Source: a bacterium (GTDB taxonomy: Bacteria > JAHJDO01). Taken from it: a stretch of DNA of 64,000 bases. Both the position numbers and the translations under genes were made by a program. Below the pieces are notes generated by a model that was given only the letters and a program-made list of their open reading frames with translations, was not told the origin of the DNA and ran no database searches. The first letter of the stretch is position 1; each line of letters opens with the position of its first letter. The DNA lies in NCBI GenBank assembly GCA_043824255.1, contig JBDRTG010000043.1, positions 1 through 64,000 of the forward strand. Direction: 5' to 3'. Below are positions 38,921 to 49,215 of the stretch, one piece after another.

Positions 38921-39640
38921 ATGAGTAGAATACCAATCCTTTTCTATCATAAAATTAATTATCCCAATCCTGAATCTATGGAACAGTGTTTGTATGTAAC
39001 ACCAAAAGCTTTTGAAAAACAGATGAATCTTCTTAAAAAATGGAACTATATGCCTGTTTCCCTTGATGAGGTCATTGCGAGCACTAAAAGAAATAAAGAG
39101 TTTCCTCAAAAACCTGTTGTAATAACCTTTGATGATGGCTATCTTGACAATTATACATACGCATTTCCCATTATGAAAAATCTGGGATTTACAGGTACGG
39201 TTTTCTTAACAACAGATGTAATTGGCAAAACTATGGCTTTTGATGAAAGCAAAGAAAAGGTTCCGGAGAAATTTATGTCATGGGAAGATGCAAAGAAGAT
39301 GCAGGCATTTGGATTTAGTTTCGGGTCTCATTCATGTACCCACAAACGCATGACTAAATTAATAGATGAGGAGGCATGGGACGAAATAACAAAATCAAAA
39401 CAAATTATTGAAGAGAATCTGTCCCAGCCAGTAAAATACTTTTGCTATCCATACGGAGATTACAATGAAAACACAAAGAATTTTCTTGCTCAAGCCGGGT
39501 ACAAAGGAGCATGCACAACAAAAAGAGGTATGAATCATACATCTGAGACCGTATTTGAGCTGCGAAGAATACCTGTAAAGAAAAATACAAATATACTGAA
39601 ATTTGTTTTCTCTATTACGTTTAAGTACATAAATAAATAA
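38921..39640 (+). CDS. Polysaccharide deacetylase (CE4/NodB)
   Basis: ILFYH, ITFDDGY, GSHSCTH, FCYPYG. Confidence 0.93.
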   Translation: MSRIPILFYHKINYPNPESMEQCLYVTPKAFEKQMNLLKKWNYMPVSLDEVIASTKRNKEFPQKPVVITFDDGYLDNYTYAFPIMKNLGFTGTVFLTTDVIGKTMAFDESKEKVPEKFMSWEDAKKMQAFGFSFGSHSCTHKRMTKLIDEEAWDEITKSKQIIEENLSQPVKYFCYPYGDYNENTKNFLAQAGYKGACTTKRGMNHTSETVFELRRIPVKKNTNILKFVFSITFKYINK

Positions 39641-39659
39641 ACCACAAGAAAGAATCGGA

Positions 39660-41243
39660 ATGCCCAAATTTAAGAAATCTCTTTATATCGTATTTTCCGT
39701 CTTCATTATCCTATTTATATGTTATAAGCTTCTCAGTATAGTCGGCGGTTTATATGTTAAGAAAAAGATTGAAACCTTTTCTAAACACAATATCTCTATA
39801 GGCAATTTATCTTTAAAGACAGGACTTAATAGGGTAACTTTTCAGCTTAGGGACATTAATGCGAAAGCATCCAAACAATTCTCAGATAACGAGAATAACA
39901 GTTTTGCCAATATATATGCGAAGAATGCAGATCTTGATTTTGAGCTAAAACCTTTATTTAAACGACAAATTGTATGTGAAAAGATCAGCATATTGGAACC
40001 CAGAGTCAGGATCAAAACCCCTATAGGGAAAGGGCACGAAAATATTCTGGGCTTTCGGGATTTATTCGGAGGATCCATCGCAGGCTTTCGCAACACAGCA
40101 GTATTCAAAAAATTGGAGATTAAGAAAGGAACGCTGGAATACTTAAAAAGCCCGGAGGTATCGCTGAGGAATTTTTCCCTGTTATCAAACAATCTTTCTC
40201 TAAAAGAGCCATTCTCGTTTTTTATAAAGGGAAGAATTTGTTCTGGCAAGGGCAAGACAGATCTTACAGTCTCGGGGGAAATCCTAAATATTCCAAAGCC
40301 ATTTGATTTTTCAGGAATAAAGATGACTTCGCTTATCAAGCTCTCTTCTCCATCTATTGATGTTAAAGCCGATCTTTTGTTTGGAAAAAGCTACTGTAAG
40401 ATTAAAATAAGAAATGCTGTTTATAAGGATATAAAAGTTATAACTCCTCATAATCCCTTGTACATAAAAGACAGGGTATTGCATATCCATGGGGTAAATT
40501 TGAAAGTGATAGATGGACTGACAGAGATTGCAGGAGACATCAAGCTTTTCTCTGAGAAAGGTATAGAATTTGATCTAAAGCACAAGATATCTGATGTTGA
40601 TATAGGAAAGCTGGCTTCAAAGTTTGGTATTAAAAACCTTACATTTAGTGGAGTGCTGGACTGCGAAGGTAATATAAGAAGCCGTGGCAAGTCTATTGAT
40701 GAAATAAAAAAGAACCTGAACGGAAGCTTAGATATAATATTAAATAATGGGTATTTAGCTAAACAACATATATTCGTTAGAATGTTCACTCTTATTAATA
40801 TGTATGATGTAATAAAATTAAGACTGCCTAAAATGGATGAGGAGGGAATAAAATATAGTACAGCCACGGCTAAAGCAGTAATAGATTCTGGAGTAATTAA
40901 TGTAAAAAGTTTGTATATAGACGGTGAGAGAATGAGAATTTCAGGCAAAGGCGATATTGATCTGGTTAAAATGACAACAGATATGATTTTTGGAATTGAG
41001 CTGATGCAGATTGTTGATGAGGTGTTGAATAAAATACCAATTGTGGGTTATATTATAACAGGAGAGGATGGGAACTTACTTGCTTTCTATGTCAGATTAA
41101 AAAGAAGTAAAGGCGGACATTTAAAGGCAACAGTTGTTCCGCATGAATTACTGGAAGACATGACATTAGGATTGTTTCAGCGATTGTTAAATTTGCCGTT
41201 AAAGATGATGACTCCTATTATGGAATATATAAAGACAAAGTAA
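39660..41243 (+). CDS. AsmA family protein
   Basis: N-terminal anchor, beta-rich body, AsmA-like C-terminus (ISGKGDIDL...LNKIPIVGYII). Confidence 0.75.
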   Translation: MPKFKKSLYIVFSVFIILFICYKLLSIVGGLYVKKKIETFSKHNISIGNLSLKTGLNRVTFQLRDINAKASKQFSDNENNSFANIYAKNADLDFELKPLFKRQIVCEKISILEPRVRIKTPIGKGHENILGFRDLFGGSIAGFRNTAVFKKLEIKKGTLEYLKSPEVSLRNFSLLSNNLSLKEPFSFFIKGRICSGKGKTDLTVSGEILNIPKPFDFSGIKMTSLIKLSSPSIDVKADLLFGKSYCKIKIRNAVYKDIKVITPHNPLYIKDRVLHIHGVNLKVIDGLTEIAGDIKLFSEKGIEFDLKHKISDVDIGKLASKFGIKNLTFSGVLDCEGNIRSRGKSIDEIKKNLNGSLDIILNNGYLAKQHIFVRMFTLINMYDVIKLRLPKMDEEGIKYSTATAKAVIDSGVINVKSLYIDGERMRISGKGDIDLVKMTTDMIFGIELMQIVDEVLNKIPIVGYIITGEDGNLLAFYVRLKRSKGGHLKATVVPHELLEDMTLGLFQRLLNLPLKMMTPIMEYIKTK

Positions 41244-42610
41244 TGCTAAAAATAGAAAATAGAATAATACAGAGTATTTTTAGAATCTTCAGCCAGGCAG
41301 GGAAATCCATATATCTCGTTGGAGGCTCAGTGCGCGATCTATTAATGGGAAAGCCTCTCAACGATTACGATTTTGCTACCTCTGCAACACCTTCTGAAAT
41401 TATCAAAATTCTAAGAAATAGCAGGATAAAAACATATCCTGTTGGCATAAATTTTGGGACAGTTGGCGCATTCATAGACAAAGTTGAATTGCATATTACA
41501 ACCTTCAGGAAAAAAGAGATATACAGAGGTTTTAGCAGAAAACCAGATGTTGATTTTGGCATCAATATAATGGAGGACTTAGCGCGCAGAGATTTTACAA
41601 TAAACGCAATGGGGATAGGTGCTGACTTAGAAATAATTGACCCCTTTAAAGGAAGGGAAGATTTAGAGCAAAAATTAATCAGAACACCTAAAAATCCGGA
41701 CATTGCGTTTGAAGATGATTCGCTGAGGATACTAAGAGCATTAAGGTTTCAATCTCAATTAGGATTTGAGATTGAAAAAAATACTCGCGCATCATTGAAA
41801 AAGAATGCATACAGGTTGCTGAATCTTTCAAGTGAGAGAATAAGAGATGAGATGACTAAGCTATTACTTGGCAGTTATGTGGAAGTAGCATTGAAAAATC
41901 TGATGCAGGAAGAAATAATCAACTATTTTTTACCAGAACTTGTTCCTCTGAAGAACCTGCATGAAGATAGCCAGCTTCATCATAAAGATGTATGGATGCA
42001 TACAGTAAAAGTTGTTAAAAATTGTCCTTTAGATGAGAAAATCAGATGGACTGCACTGCTTCACGACATAGCGAAACCATATGTTAGAACAATAGATGAG
42101 AAAAATGTGCATTTTTATAGACATGAAGATTTAGGCGCTAAGATGGCCTGGGGAATCCTCACAAGACTCAGGTTCTCCAATCAGGATCGCAAGCACATAT
42201 GCTTTTTAATCAGTAAGCATATGCGGGCAAATCTTTATACTTCTCTATGGACAGACACTGCAGTGAGACGGTTTGCAACCAAGATGGGGGATAAGCTCTC
42301 AGATGTTCTCAGTATTTCCAAGGCAGATATAACATCATACAGGAAGGAGAGAGTTTCTAAAAAGCTGCAAGAATTATCTGAGCTTGAACAGAGATGTGAG
42401 GAGCTGATTTCAGCAAAAGAATCTAAATTTCCAATCACTGGAGACGAGTTAATGGATAAATTTAATCTTCCCCCATCTCATTTAATAGGAAAAATGAAAA
42501 ACAAGATACTTGAAGCTATTACAAACGAGAGCCTGCCAGAGAATAGTGAGAATAAAGAGATATATTTTGAATACATTAAGAAGGCATTTAAGAAGGAACT
42601 TGGGATATAA
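41243..42610 (+). CDS. cca: CCA tRNA nucleotidyltransferase with HD domain
   Basis: YLVGGSVRD..DYDF, EDLARRDFTINAM, DSLRILRALRF, LLHDIAKP. Confidence 0.9.
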   Translation: MLKIENRIIQSIFRIFSQAGKSIYLVGGSVRDLLMGKPLNDYDFATSATPSEIIKILRNSRIKTYPVGINFGTVGAFIDKVELHITTFRKKEIYRGFSRKPDVDFGINIMEDLARRDFTINAMGIGADLEIIDPFKGREDLEQKLIRTPKNPDIAFEDDSLRILRALRFQSQLGFEIEKNTRASLKKNAYRLLNLSSERIRDEMTKLLLGSYVEVALKNLMQEEIINYFLPELVPLKNLHEDSQLHHKDVWMHTVKVVKNCPLDEKIRWTALLHDIAKPYVRTIDEKNVHFYRHEDLGAKMAWGILTRLRFSNQDRKHICFLISKHMRANLYTSLWTDTAVRRFATKMGDKLSDVLSISKADITSYRKERVSKKLQELSELEQRCEELISAKESKFPITGDELMDKFNLPPSHLIGKMKNKILEAITNESLPENSENKEIYFEYIKKAFKKELGI

Positions 42611-43704
42611 TGCCTACTGTATTACACATAAACGCAGGTGAAGTCTGGAGCGGGATAGAGCAGAGGATACTTTCAATCAGCAGGTCGCTTAACAGTGGGC
42701 GGTTTAAAATAATTCTAGCTGCGTCCCCGTCAAGCCCATTATACAAAAAAGCAGGTTCGTATAATATCTCGTTATTGTCTCTTAAAATAGGCAGATGGAA
42801 ATTTAACCCGGTAGTTATATGGAAACTGTCAAGGTTCCTAAAAACTCATAAAGTTGATATCTTGCACACACACCGTTCATCAGATCACTGGATTGGTGTC
42901 TTGGCTGTTAGATTATTTGGCTTGTCTAGTCAATGCAAAATTATCCGCACACGCCATAATTTCACAAGAATAAAAAACAACTGTATAAACAATAAACTGT
43001 ATAAGGAGTGGACAGATAGAATAATAGCAGTAGCTGAAGTGATAAGAGAACAGTTAATTGATGAAAATAACATTTCTGGGAATAAAATCATTACTATTCA
43101 CAGTTCTATAGATGTAAAAAAATTCAATGACAACTTTAGTGGAGAAGCTATACGCAAGGAGTTTAGTATTGCTTCTGATACAGTAGTTCTAGGCATGATA
43201 GGTAGATTGAGGAAACATAAAGACTATCCGAATGTAATTGAAGCATTAGATATTATTATTAAAAGAGTTAGGAATATTAAATTACTGATTGTTGGAGATG
43301 GAATTCTGGAATCACAACTTAAAAGCATAGTTCAAAAAATGGAATTAAGTAATTATGTTATATTCGCAGGTAAAAGAGAGAATATTCCCCAAATTCTCTC
43401 AGGGATTGATATATTTGTGCTCTCTTCTTCTGTTGAAGGCTCACCTGCTGTAATCAAGGAAGCACTTATTATGGAAAAACCTGTTATTTCAACTAATGTG
43501 GGTGGTATCCCCGAAATTATTCAAAACGGAATTACTGGCATCCTAGTTCCTCCTCATAATCCTGAGGCTTTGGCTGACGGTATTCTTGATGCAATAAATA
43601 ACATGAACAAAGCCTTGGAAATGGCAAAAAAAGGAAAACAAGTTATTATAAATGAATTTTCAGAAACCAGACTTGCACAGCTGACAGCGGAGGTGTATCG
43701 ATGA
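42610..43704 (+). CDS. Glycosyltransferase family 4
   Basis: SGIEQR, HTH, EGSPAVIKEA...PVISTNVGGIPE. Confidence 0.92.
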   Translation: MPTVLHINAGEVWSGIEQRILSISRSLNSGRFKIILAASPSSPLYKKAGSYNISLLSLKIGRWKFNPVVIWKLSRFLKTHKVDILHTHRSSDHWIGVLAVRLFGLSSQCKIIRTRHNFTRIKNNCINNKLYKEWTDRIIAVAEVIREQLIDENNISGNKIITIHSSIDVKKFNDNFSGEAIRKEFSIASDTVVLGMIGRLRKHKDYPNVIEALDIIIKRVRNIKLLIVGDGILESQLKSIVQKMELSNYVIFAGKRENIPQILSGIDIFVLSSSVEGSPAVIKEALIMEKPVISTNVGGIPEIIQNGITGILVPPHNPEALADGILDAINNMNKALEMAKKGKQVIINEFSETRLAQLTAEVYR

Positions 43705-45098
43705 CGAATATATCCAAATTAAAAAGTGCGAAGGAAGCTCTGCGGGAAAGCGAGGAAAGATATCGGCTCTTATTTGAAACTTCACGTGACGCAATAATGA
43801 CACTTGCTCCGCCGTCTTGGAATTTTACTTCAGGAAATGCTGCCACGCTCGAACTGTTCGGCGTGAAAGATGAAGAAACGTTTATTTCTGCGCCTCCGTG
43901 GAAGTACTCTCCAGAGTTTCAGCCGGACGGACAATCCTCCATAAATAAAGCAAAAAAAATGATTGGCATAGCAATGAAAAAAGGGTCAAACTTTTTTGAG
44001 TGGACGCACAAAAAGCGGAATGGCAAGGACTTCTTTTGCTCCGTTTTGCTGACAAGAATAAGTATCGGAGAGAAAACTTTCCTGCAGGCGACAGTCAGAG
44101 ATATTACAGGGCGCAAGAGGATAGAGAAGGAATTAAAAAAGTACCGCGATCATCTGGAAGACATAGTCGAAAACCGCACAGCAGAACTTGAAAAAGAAAT
44201 CGCTGAACGCAAACTCACAGAGGAGGAGCTGCGTAATAGTAAAAACAAGTACAAAACACTTCTTGAGAATCTTCCTCAGAAGGTATTTTTATTGGACAGC
44301 AATTTGGTTTTTGTCTCTTGTAACGAAAGCTTTGTACGAGACAAAAAAATCAGGCGTGAAGAAATCGCAGGAAAAACAGATTATGATTTTTTCCCAAAGA
44401 AACTGGCTGAGAAATATAGAGCAGACGATAAAAGAATTATCAAATCCGGGAAAACAGAAGAAATAGAAGATAGACGCGTTATAAATGGAAAAGAATTTAT
44501 TGAATACACAGTCAAGTGTCCTGCTAGGGATGAACAGGACAACATCGTTGGGTTATTGGGTATTTCTTGGGACATCACCGAGCGCAAGAGGACAGAGAAG
44601 ATGTTGAAAGAGACGGCAGCAAAATTGCAGAGACAAAAATCGGCTTTGGAGCAAAAAAACATTGCGCTCAGCGAAATCATAGCGCAGATTGAAGTGGAAA
44701 AAAGAAAAATAAAAAATGATATAGCGGCTAATGTAAATGAAATATTGTTTCCGATTTTAGAAAAGCTTGAATTAGAGAAGACTGCCGGTAAATATGTTGA
44801 TTTATTAAAAAACCATTTAGGGGAATTGGTGTCTTCGTTTGGCCGTAAAATAAGAGGGAAAAGACTTAATCTGACTCCAAGGGAAATTGAAATCTGCAAT
44901 ATGATAAAAGGCAGGCTCACAAGCAAAGAGATTTCCGGGCTTTTAAATATTTCTTACCAGACAGTTGAAAAACACCGCAAAAATATCAGACATAAAATGG
45001 GAATACGTAAAAAAGATATTAACTTAGCTTCTTTCCTCCAAACCATTCAACGGGTATTTTATATACCCATTACCTACCCATATAATTCCTGTTGTTGA
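43701..45098 (+). CDS. PAS-PAS-LuxR one-component transcriptional regulator
   Basis: Two PAS domains ending in DIT motifs, coiled-coil linkers, LTPREIEIC..IKGRLTSKEI...TVEKHRKNIR HTH. Confidence 0.9.
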   Translation: MTNISKLKSAKEALRESEERYRLLFETSRDAIMTLAPPSWNFTSGNAATLELFGVKDEETFISAPPWKYSPEFQPDGQSSINKAKKMIGIAMKKGSNFFEWTHKKRNGKDFFCSVLLTRISIGEKTFLQATVRDITGRKRIEKELKKYRDHLEDIVENRTAELEKEIAERKLTEEELRNSKNKYKTLLENLPQKVFLLDSNLVFVSCNESFVRDKKIRREEIAGKTDYDFFPKKLAEKYRADDKRIIKSGKTEEIEDRRVINGKEFIEYTVKCPARDEQDNIVGLLGISWDITERKRTEKMLKETAAKLQRQKSALEQKNIALSEIIAQIEVEKRKIKNDIAANVNEILFPILEKLELEKTAGKYVDLLKNHLGELVSSFGRKIRGKRLNLTPREIEICNMIKGRLTSKEISGLLNISYQTVEKHRKNIRHKMGIRKKDINLASFLQTIQRVFYIPITYPYNSCC

Positions 45099-45151
45099 TG
45101 TCTTCTTATAGAATTAACATACATGTGTAACATAAGCAAGCAGGGGAATAA

Positions 45152-45994
45152 ATGAGTCTTTCTGATTTCATGCGGAAGGAGTTAGTTCTTCTTGATCTTT
45201 TGTCTGAGAAAAAAGAAGACGCAATCAAAGAGTTAATATCTCCAATAATAAAAAGAGGTTTTGCCAATTCAGAAAATACACTGCATAAAGCTATTTTAGA
45301 GAGAGAAGCGCATGGTAGCACTGCGATAGGGAATGGAGTTGCTATCCCGCATGCAGAAACATCTTCTATTAAAGAAAAAATTATCGTTTTTGGAAGATCA
45401 AAAAAAGGCATAAACTTTGATGCAATTGATAATAAGCCTGTGAATCTTTTCTTTATGATTATTTCTCCAAGTAGAGAAATTTGTCCGCACTTGAAAACTC
45501 TAGCCAGAATATCCCGCCTTCTTGGAGAAAAAGCTTTCAGGGATGATTTGATGAGCGCTACATCTTCAGAAGACATAATAAAACTAATTGCTATGGAGGA
45601 AAAACCTCCTGAGGAAGGAAGTGATATGAATCAAGAGCGAAGGAAATATCCGCGATATGCTGTTGATGAAGCTGTTGAGTTAAGATTGCAAAAAGATTCA
45701 GAAAAGCATCTGATTATATACTATGGCTGTACAAAAGATATAAGCCTTGGCGGGATCTGTATAACGCTACCAAAGCATAAGGATACAAACGACTCCAGAA
45801 TAAAAGAAGATATAAAACTTCAAGTAAGAATTCCTGTGTTGGATGTCAAAAAATATTTAGAAATAAATGGACAGACAGTCTGGCGCTTACAGAAAAAAGA
45901 AGATTACAATATTGGGATACAATTTAGCTCAAACGATAAGGAAACAGAAACTGCTCTTTCTCGATTTATTGATGAAATAAAAACCTCTTCTTAA
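45152..45994 (+). CDS. PTS EIIA type-2 (Fru/Ntr-like) domain fused to a PilZ domain
   Basis: REAHGSTAIGNGVAIPHA; ERRKYPR...DISLGG. Confidence 0.88.
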   Translation: MSLSDFMRKELVLLDLLSEKKEDAIKELISPIIKRGFANSENTLHKAILEREAHGSTAIGNGVAIPHAETSSIKEKIIVFGRSKKGINFDAIDNKPVNLFFMIISPSREICPHLKTLARISRLLGEKAFRDDLMSATSSEDIIKLIAMEEKPPEEGSDMNQERRKYPRYAVDEAVELRLQKDSEKHLIIYYGCTKDISLGGICITLPKHKDTNDSRIKEDIKLQVRIPVLDVKKYLEINGQTVWRLQKKEDYNIGIQFSSNDKETETALSRFIDEIKTSS

Positions 45995-46020
45995 ATTTCA
46001 AACTACCTGCGTCACTTGGC

Positions 46021-46049
46021 TTGACCAAATTAGTACTTGTCTATACAAT
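46021..46049 (+). promoter_or_regulatory. Sigma70-type promoter for the GT4 gene at 46059
   Basis: TTGACC-17 nt-TACAAT, 9 nt before the ATG, no SD. Confidence 0.65.
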
Positions 46050-46058
46050 AATGCTGTT

Positions 46059-47207
46059 ATGAAAAAACCAGTTAGAATTCTCCGTATAGTCCCTTCTCTT
46101 GAAATGGGTGGTGTTGAAAGAACACTGACCTCCATACTTCCAAGATTAGATAAGTGTCAATATAAAGTTTATCTGTGTTGCCTTTTTAAACGGGATAAAC
46201 TGGCAGATGCTATGGAATCTTTAGGTATTCCCATTATCAAGTTTAGAATGAGAGCACGACTGGACTTTGATGGGAAATACATAGCAGGGATATTGAGACT
46301 GGCACGCCTTATGAAAAAGATGCAGATAGAGATTGTTCATACTCATCTATATAGAGCAAACCTTGCAGGAAGAATTGCTGCTAAATTAGCAGGAGTACCA
46401 GTAATAATAGCTAATGAACACAATATTGATTCATGGAAAAAATTTCCTCAGAGATTGAGTGACAGAGTATTAGCAGGAATTACAAATAAAATTATTGTTG
46501 TGTCTGATACGGTCAAAGATTTTTATGTTAATAAAATAGGGATATCTGAATATAAAATTATTACAATTCATAATGGGGTTGATATTTTAAAATTTCAAAC
46601 TTATGTGGATATAAACAAAAAAAGAGAAGAATTTGGGATAAAATCAGGTGATAAAGTTATAACTACAATAGGACGCTTGCATCAACAGAAAGGACACATT
46701 TACTTTCTAAAGGCTGCTCAAATAATAAGAGAGAAAAACCCGGATGTAAAATTTTTAATTGTAGGTGACGGTCCATTAGAAAACCAGTTGAAATCTACCT
46801 CAGACGATTTAGAGATTAGCAAAAATGTGATATTTGCAGGTTTGAGAGATGACATTCCACAAATTCTTGCAATGTCCGATATATCTGTTCTGACTTCTTT
46901 AAGAGAGGGATTCTCAATAACAGTTCTAGAATCCATGGCTGCTGGAAAACCTGTTATTGTGACTGATGTCGGAGGGAACAGCGAGGTTGTTGAACATGGG
47001 AAAACCGGTTTTGTCATCCAACCTCAATCTCCTGAAGACCTTGCTTCATATAGTCTCAATCTAATTAATAACCAAGAACTGGCAAAAAAGATGGGACAAG
47101 AAGCAAAGAAAAGAGTGCTAAACTTTAGTATTGACAGAATGGTTGAAAAAACAGAAAATCTGTATGATGTTTTGCTTAAGAACGTTAAATTAAGTAAAAA
47201 GGAATAA
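46059..47207 (+). CDS. Glycosyltransferase family 4
   Basis: MGGVER, HTH, GRLHQQKG, EGFSITVLESMAAGKPV. Confidence 0.93.
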   Translation: MKKPVRILRIVPSLEMGGVERTLTSILPRLDKCQYKVYLCCLFKRDKLADAMESLGIPIIKFRMRARLDFDGKYIAGILRLARLMKKMQIEIVHTHLYRANLAGRIAAKLAGVPVIIANEHNIDSWKKFPQRLSDRVLAGITNKIIVVSDTVKDFYVNKIGISEYKIITIHNGVDILKFQTYVDINKKREEFGIKSGDKVITTIGRLHQQKGHIYFLKAAQIIREKNPDVKFLIVGDGPLENQLKSTSDDLEISKNVIFAGLRDDIPQILAMSDISVLTSLREGFSITVLESMAAGKPVIVTDVGGNSEVVEHGKTGFVIQPQSPEDLASYSLNLINNQELAKKMGQEAKKRVLNFSIDRMVEKTENLYDVLLKNVKLSKKE

Positions 47208-47211
47208 GTGT

Positions 47212-47628
47212 ATGTTTTGGAGAAAAGATGCGCAAAAAGATAAGAGAAGGTATATCAGGGTAGAGAAAGCCTTTAGGATAAAATATGGGATTATTAAAAT
47301 TGACAATATGCTGCCTGTTAAATACGATATGCAAGAATGTGTTGAATTAAAGTATGATGGGTACACAAAAGACATCAGCCAGGGAGGACTTTGCCTGCAG
47401 TATAAGGATTTAAATGAACCCTTTAGCTCAAAAAAAGGAGCAGAATTAAAACTAAAAATTTCAATTCCTAATGAGAATCCTGAAGATGTTGACGCTTCTG
47501 GCAGAGTAGCTTGGGAAGATTTAGAAAGAAAAGTGTGCGGAATAGAATTTACATCTATTCTGTATGAAGACCGTCTGAAAATCCGTAACTATGTCAGAGA
47601 TGAATACTTTAAGAGCTATAAAAAATGA
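47212..47628 (+). CDS. Stand-alone PilZ domain protein
   Basis: RRYIR...DISQGG c-di-GMP-binding motifs; GRVAW...GIEF. Confidence 0.88.
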   Translation: MFWRKDAQKDKRRYIRVEKAFRIKYGIIKIDNMLPVKYDMQECVELKYDGYTKDISQGGLCLQYKDLNEPFSSKKGAELKLKISIPNENPEDVDASGRVAWEDLERKVCGIEFTSILYEDRLKIRNYVRDEYFKSYKK

Positions 47629-47647
47629 ATTGCTGTTCTAACTAGCT

Positions 47648-48040
47648 ATGTTCTTCTACCTGCTTCTGCTCTTTACGCTACTTCCAATGACAGAGCTGGT
47701 TTTGCTAATAAAAATCGGCCGTCACATTGGCCTCTTAAATGCAATTTTAATTGTTATTGCAACAGGTATTTCCGGCGCTTCACTTGCAAGATGGCAGGGA
47801 TTGACAGTAATTAGAGAGGTTCAAAACCAGCTTTCTGTTGGTATTATGCCAAAGGAAGAAATTCTGGATGGAATAATGATACTAGCAGGAGGACTTCTCT
47901 TGCTCACCCCTGGCTTAATCACAGACTTTATTGGATTAGTAGCCATAATCCCTATTACAAGAAAATGGATAAAGTATTTAGTGAAGAAAAAACTTGAACG
48001 GATGATAGATGAAGGAAGGTTTCAAATAAACAGGTTTTGA
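47648..48040 (+). CDS. fxsA: FxsA family membrane protein
   Basis: P..ELVLLIKIG, ARWQG, LLLTPGLITD. Confidence 0.92.
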   Translation: MFFYLLLLFTLLPMTELVLLIKIGRHIGLLNAILIVIATGISGASLARWQGLTVIREVQNQLSVGIMPKEEILDGIMILAGGLLLLTPGLITDFIGLVAIIPITRKWIKYLVKKKLERMIDEGRFQINRF

Positions 48041-48044
48041 TTAT

Positions 48045-49199
48045 ATGAAAATAGCTTACCTCTGTGAAGATAGCCAAATTCCAATAATGGGAGTAAAGGG
48101 CGCTTCTATTCATATACGCGAAGTTATTAATGCTTTAATTAAATTGAATCACGAGGTATTTGTAATCACAACAAATAAGGGCGCAAAAAACCATGAAAAT
48201 GGTCAATATACGATCCACGAAGTATCGCCATTTACATCAAAGAAATTGGGCTCTGATTTAAGAATGACATTTACAAGCGGCAAGCTCTACAAAAAAGCCA
48301 GTATCCTATTTAACAATGCAAAGCCTGATTTAATCTATGAACGATATGAGCTTTATGGAAGCGCAGGGATGAAGTTAGCTCAAAAATTCAACATACCTTT
48401 TATATTAGAGGTTAATGCAGCACTTTTGTGGGGTCCTAAGCGGAGATTAAATTTTAGACCTTTAGCCAGATATGTGGAAAATAATATATTCAGAAGTGCT
48501 GGAGCAATAATTATAACGACAGATAATCTTAGAGACTATGTTATCAGAAAAGGGGTAGATAAAAACAAGGTTTTTGAAGTCCCTGATGGTGTAGATTCCG
48601 AAAAATTCAATCCGGAGATATCCGGAATTCCAATTAGAAAAAAATACAAACTTGAAAAAAAACAAATTGTTGGATTTGTTGGAAGTCTCAGTAAAAGACA
48701 GGGCCTCTCTCTACTTCTTGATGCAGCAGAAAAATGCAAACAGCAAATACCGGATATTCACTTCCTTATAGTTGGAGAGGGATTTGAAGAACATAAATTA
48801 AAAAAATTTGTTAAAAATAACAAATTAGAGAATATTGTTACTTTTACTGGCGCTGTTTCACATAATGATATACCCACACATATTGCAGCAATGGATATAA
48901 CAGTTCTTCCCAATATGAGCATTTACAGCTCTCCCGTTAAAATTTTTGAATATATGGCAATGGGTAAAGCGACTATTGCTCCGGCACAAGGCCAAATGAA
49001 TAGATTCTTTGAAAATGAAAAAGAAATATTATTAATTAAACCCGGGGATAAAGGACAGCTTGCAAACAACATTATAAAACTCTTTAGCGACCCTGCGCTC
49101 AGGAAAGGATTGGGCTATAACGCAAGGTATAAGGTATCAAATTCTTATACATGGAAACACAATGCAAAGCGTATTCTAGATATTTATGAGATAATTTAA
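48045..49199 (+). CDS. Glycosyltransferase family 4
   Basis: GASIH, IYERY, EVNA, GFVGS, SPVKIFEYMAMG. Confidence 0.92.
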   Translation: MKIAYLCEDSQIPIMGVKGASIHIREVINALIKLNHEVFVITTNKGAKNHENGQYTIHEVSPFTSKKLGSDLRMTFTSGKLYKKASILFNNAKPDLIYERYELYGSAGMKLAQKFNIPFILEVNAALLWGPKRRLNFRPLARYVENNIFRSAGAIIITTDNLRDYVIRKGVDKNKVFEVPDGVDSEKFNPEISGIPIRKKYKLEKKQIVGFVGSLSKRQGLSLLLDAAEKCKQQIPDIHFLIVGEGFEEHKLKKFVKNNKLENIVTFTGAVSHNDIPTHIAAMDITVLPNMSIYSSPVKIFEYMAMGKATIAPAQGQMNRFFENEKEILLIKPGDKGQLANNIIKLFSDPALRKGLGYNARYKVSNSYTWKHNAKRILDIYEII

Positions 49200-49215
49200 A
49201 AAAGAGGAGAAAATT

